From: Squalus acanthias
Taxonomy: Eukaryota
DNA length: 64,000 nucleotides
NCBI GenBank assembly: GCA_030390025.1
Contig: CM059431.1
Coordinates: 126,606,001-126,670,000 of the forward strand
Direction: 5' to 3'
Position 1 is the stretch's first letter; each line of letters starts with the position of its first letter. The notes below the pieces were generated by a model. The model made no database searches, was not told where the DNA came from, and saw only the letters and a program-made list of their open reading frames with translations. Of the stretch, positions 60,972-64,000 are shown piece after piece. The position numbers were made by a program, and so were the translations under genes.

Positions 60972-61907
60972 TATGGCAGGTTGTGTGTCTGGACTGCAGC
61001 ATGTGGGATTTTGTGGACAGCGAGACTGTCCCGAGCAAACACGTCTGCAGGAGATGTTTCCATCTCGAATCTCTCCGGCTCAGAGTCATTGAGCTGGAGT
61101 GCGAGTTGGAGACACTCCGACACATAAGGGAGGGGGAGGAATTTCTGGACAGTTTTATTCAGAATACAGTCACACCCCAGAGGAAAGCACAGGTTCAGGA
61201 AAGGGAGGGAGATGGGTAGCGGGGATTTAGGAGAGGTTGAGAAGGAGGTCCCATAGACACTGGTCCTGGCCAACAGGTACGATGTACTCGCTACCTGTGA
61301 GGACAAGGAGAAAGACTGCAGGGAAGACAGCCACAATGTAGACCAAGCACCGTGGCTCAGGAGACTGTCCAAGGCGGGGGGGGGAGAGCAGAATAAAAAT
61401 GTGGTAGTGATAAGGGACTCTATAATTAGGGGGCTAGATAGCGTCCTCTACAGCCAAGAACGAGAATCACGAAGGGTGTGTTGCCTACCCGATGCCAGGG
61501 TAAGGGATATCTCATGGCGGCTGAAGAGGAACTTGGAAAGGGAAGGGGTAAATCCAGTTGTCATGGTCCATGCTGGAACAAACGACATAGGTAGGAACAG
61601 GGAGGAGGTCCTGCTGAAAGAGTATCAGGAGTTAGGCTCTAAATTAAAAAGCAGGACCTTGAGGGTGATAATCTCTGGATTATTGCCCGAGCCACGTGCA
61701 AATTGGCATAGAAGCAGACAGATCAAGAGAATTAACACGTGGCTAAAGGGCTGGTGTGGGAAAGAGAGGTTCCTTTTCATGGGACACTGGCACCAGTTCT
61801 GGGACAGGAAGGAGCCGTACCAATTGGATGGGCTCCAATTGAACTGGGATGGGACCCATGTCCTAACGGAAAGGGTAAATAGAGAGGTGGCAAAGGCTTT
61901 AAATTAG
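60972..61907 (+). pseudogene. CR1 ORF1 (CxxC zinc finger/leucine zipper + SGNH esterase), frameshifted
   Basis: CLDCSMW...CRRC..LRLRVIELECELETL; VVIRDSI, CLPDARVRD, HAGTNDIG, ISGLLP. Confidence 0.85.
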
Positions 61908-62084
61908 TAAGATGGGGGGAGGGATCTACAAGAAACATAAGTAGTCTAAATATAAACAAAACAGGAAAAGAGAGCATAGGAAAAAATAAAGTAAGGGAGG
62001 ACATTGATGGCAAGGGAATAAATAGAGTTATAGAACAGGAGTCGAAAAAGATGGTTAAACATAAAGTGAGAGGAAATCCTATTA

Positions 62085-62755
62085 ATAATGAGTTAAACTG
62101 CCTGTACAGCAATGCACACAGTGTCCGTAATAAAACAGGGGAGCTGGAGGCAATCATGCGTTGCGAGGAACCAGACATAATAGGGATCACTGAGACATGG
62201 CTACAGAAAAATCAGGACTGGGAATTAAACATTGCAGGGTATAATATATTTTAAAAAGATAGAAAGGGAAAATTGGGAGGTGGAGTAGCTGTACTTATTA
62301 GTGATAACATAATGGCAGTAGAAAAAAGTGACGCATTTATCAGCGAGACAGAAATAGAATCCATATGGATAGGGATAATAGAAAAGAAAGGATCAATCAC
62401 ACTAATAGGCATAGTCTACAGACCACCAAATAATGGAAGGGAGGTGGAGGAAGAAATATGCAGATAAATTAGGGAAATGAGTAAAAAACATAGAATAATA
62501 ATCATGGTGGATTTCAACCACCCGATATTAATTGGACAGAAGAGGTAGGTAAAGGGGATAAGGGAATGGAGTTCCTACAATGTGTACAGAACTCCTTTCT
62601 AATACAATATATAAAAAGCCCAACAAGGGAGGATTTGCTATTAGATCTAGCAATGGGGAATGAACCAGAGCAGATAAGAGAAGTAAAAGTAGGGGAACAT
62701 CTAGGCAATAGTGACCATAATATAATACGCTTTAAGATGATAATTGAGAAGGACA
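62085..62755 (+). pseudogene. CR1 ORF2 endonuclease domain, 3'-truncated
   Basis: CLYSNAHSVRNK, DIIGITETW, GGGVA, YRPP, PTRE, SDHN. Confidence 0.88.
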
Positions 62756-64000
62756 TAAGAGCATAAAAACATAAGAAATAGGAGCAGGAGTCGGCCATTT
62801 GGCCCTTCGAGCCTGCTCCACCATTCAATCAGATCATGGCCGATCTTCTTCCTCATCTCCACTTTCCTGCACTATCCTCATATCCCTTGATTCCCTTAAT
62901 ATTCAAAAATCTATCGATCTCTGTCTTGAATATACTCAACGACTGAGCCTCCACAGCCCTGTGGGGTAAAGAATTCCAAAGATTCACCACCCTCTGACTG
63001 AAGAAATTTCTCCTCATCTCAGTCCCACATTACAACAGTGACTACACTTCAAAAGTACTTCATTGGCTGTAAAGCGCTTTGAGACGTCCGGTGGTCGTGA
63101 AAGGCGCTATATAAATGCAAGTCTTTCTTTCTTTCTTTAAATGGCTGACCCCTTATTCTGAGACTGTGACCCTTCGTTCTAGACTCCCCAGCCAGGGGAA
63201 TCACCCTCCTTGCATCTACCCTGTCAAGCCCTGTAAGAATTCTGTATGTTACAATGAGATCACCTCTCATTCTTCTAAACTCTAGAGAATATAGGCCTAG
63301 TCTACTCAATATCTCCTCATAGGACAATCCCCCCATCCCAGGAACAAGTCTGGTGAACCTTCGTTGTACTCCCTCTATGGCTAGTATATCCTTCCTTAGG
63401 TAAGGAGACCAAAACTGTACACAATACTCCAGGTGTGGTCTCACCAGGACCCTATATAATTGCAGTAAGTTGTCTTTACTCTTGTACTCAAATCCTCTTG
63501 TAATAAAGGCCAACATACCATTTGCTTTCCTAATTGCTTGCTGTACCTGCATGGTAACTTTCAGTGATTCATGTACAAGGACACCCAGGTCCCTCTGAAC
63601 ACCAACATTTCCCAGTCTCTCATCATTTAAAAAATACTCTGCTTTTCTATTTTTCCGACCAAAGTGGATAACTTCACATTTCTCCACATTATATTTAATT
63701 TCCCATGTTCTTGTCCATTCACTTAGCCTGTCTATAACCCCTTGAACCTCCTTGCATCCTCCTCACAACAGCATTCCCACCCAGCTTTGAATCATCAGCA
63801 AACTTGGATATATTATATTTGGTCCCCTCATCCAAATCACTGAGGCAGATTGTGAATAGCTAAGGCCCAAGCACTGATCCTTGCGGTACCCCACTACTTA
63901 CAGCCTGCCAACCCGAAAATGACCCGTTTATTCCTACACTCTGTTCTCTGTCCGTTAACCAATCCTCAATCCATGCTAGTATATTACCCCCAATCCCATG
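62754..64000 (-). mobile_element. CR1 LINE 3' part, runs off the window
   Basis: cataaga tail at 62754; KCEVIHFG, VRPHLEYCVQFWSP. Confidence 0.92.
63024..63137 (+). mobile_element. L2/DeuSINE-type 3' tail nested in CR1
   Basis: gtaaagcgctttg...aaaggcgctatataaatgcaagtc(tttc)n interrupts CR1 ctcagtc|ttaaatggc. Confidence 0.75.

Overview
Repeat-saturated vertebrate genomic DNA, most likely from a cartilaginous fish. That assignment is an inference from the style of the CR1 3' tails and DeuSINE-like remnants. No intact spliced host gene is supportable. The window holds an intronless, internally deleted MROH1-like (maestro HEAT-repeat) copy at 4251-9050. It is split by a single-ORF LINE and joined directly to a left-truncated PIF/Harbinger transposon (DDE transposase plus a convergent spliced Myb/SANT gene). 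More than 15 Harbinger elements/MITEs occur, several with clean 3-bp TSDs and Russian-doll nesting. There are also many CR1 and L2 LINE fragments, a LINE family whose 5' end carries a tRNA-like Pol III head, and a 227-bp solo LTR. A Penelope-like element has ~0.7-kb inverted arms and two minimal hammerhead ribozymes, and a third hammerhead lies in a short repeat. Two tandem arrays are present: a 6-kb 23-bp G-rich minisatellite with higher-order duplications, and a 54/57-bp array heading a CR1 5' UTR. Family calls are from remembered motifs, not database searches, and boundaries without a stated TSD are approximate.
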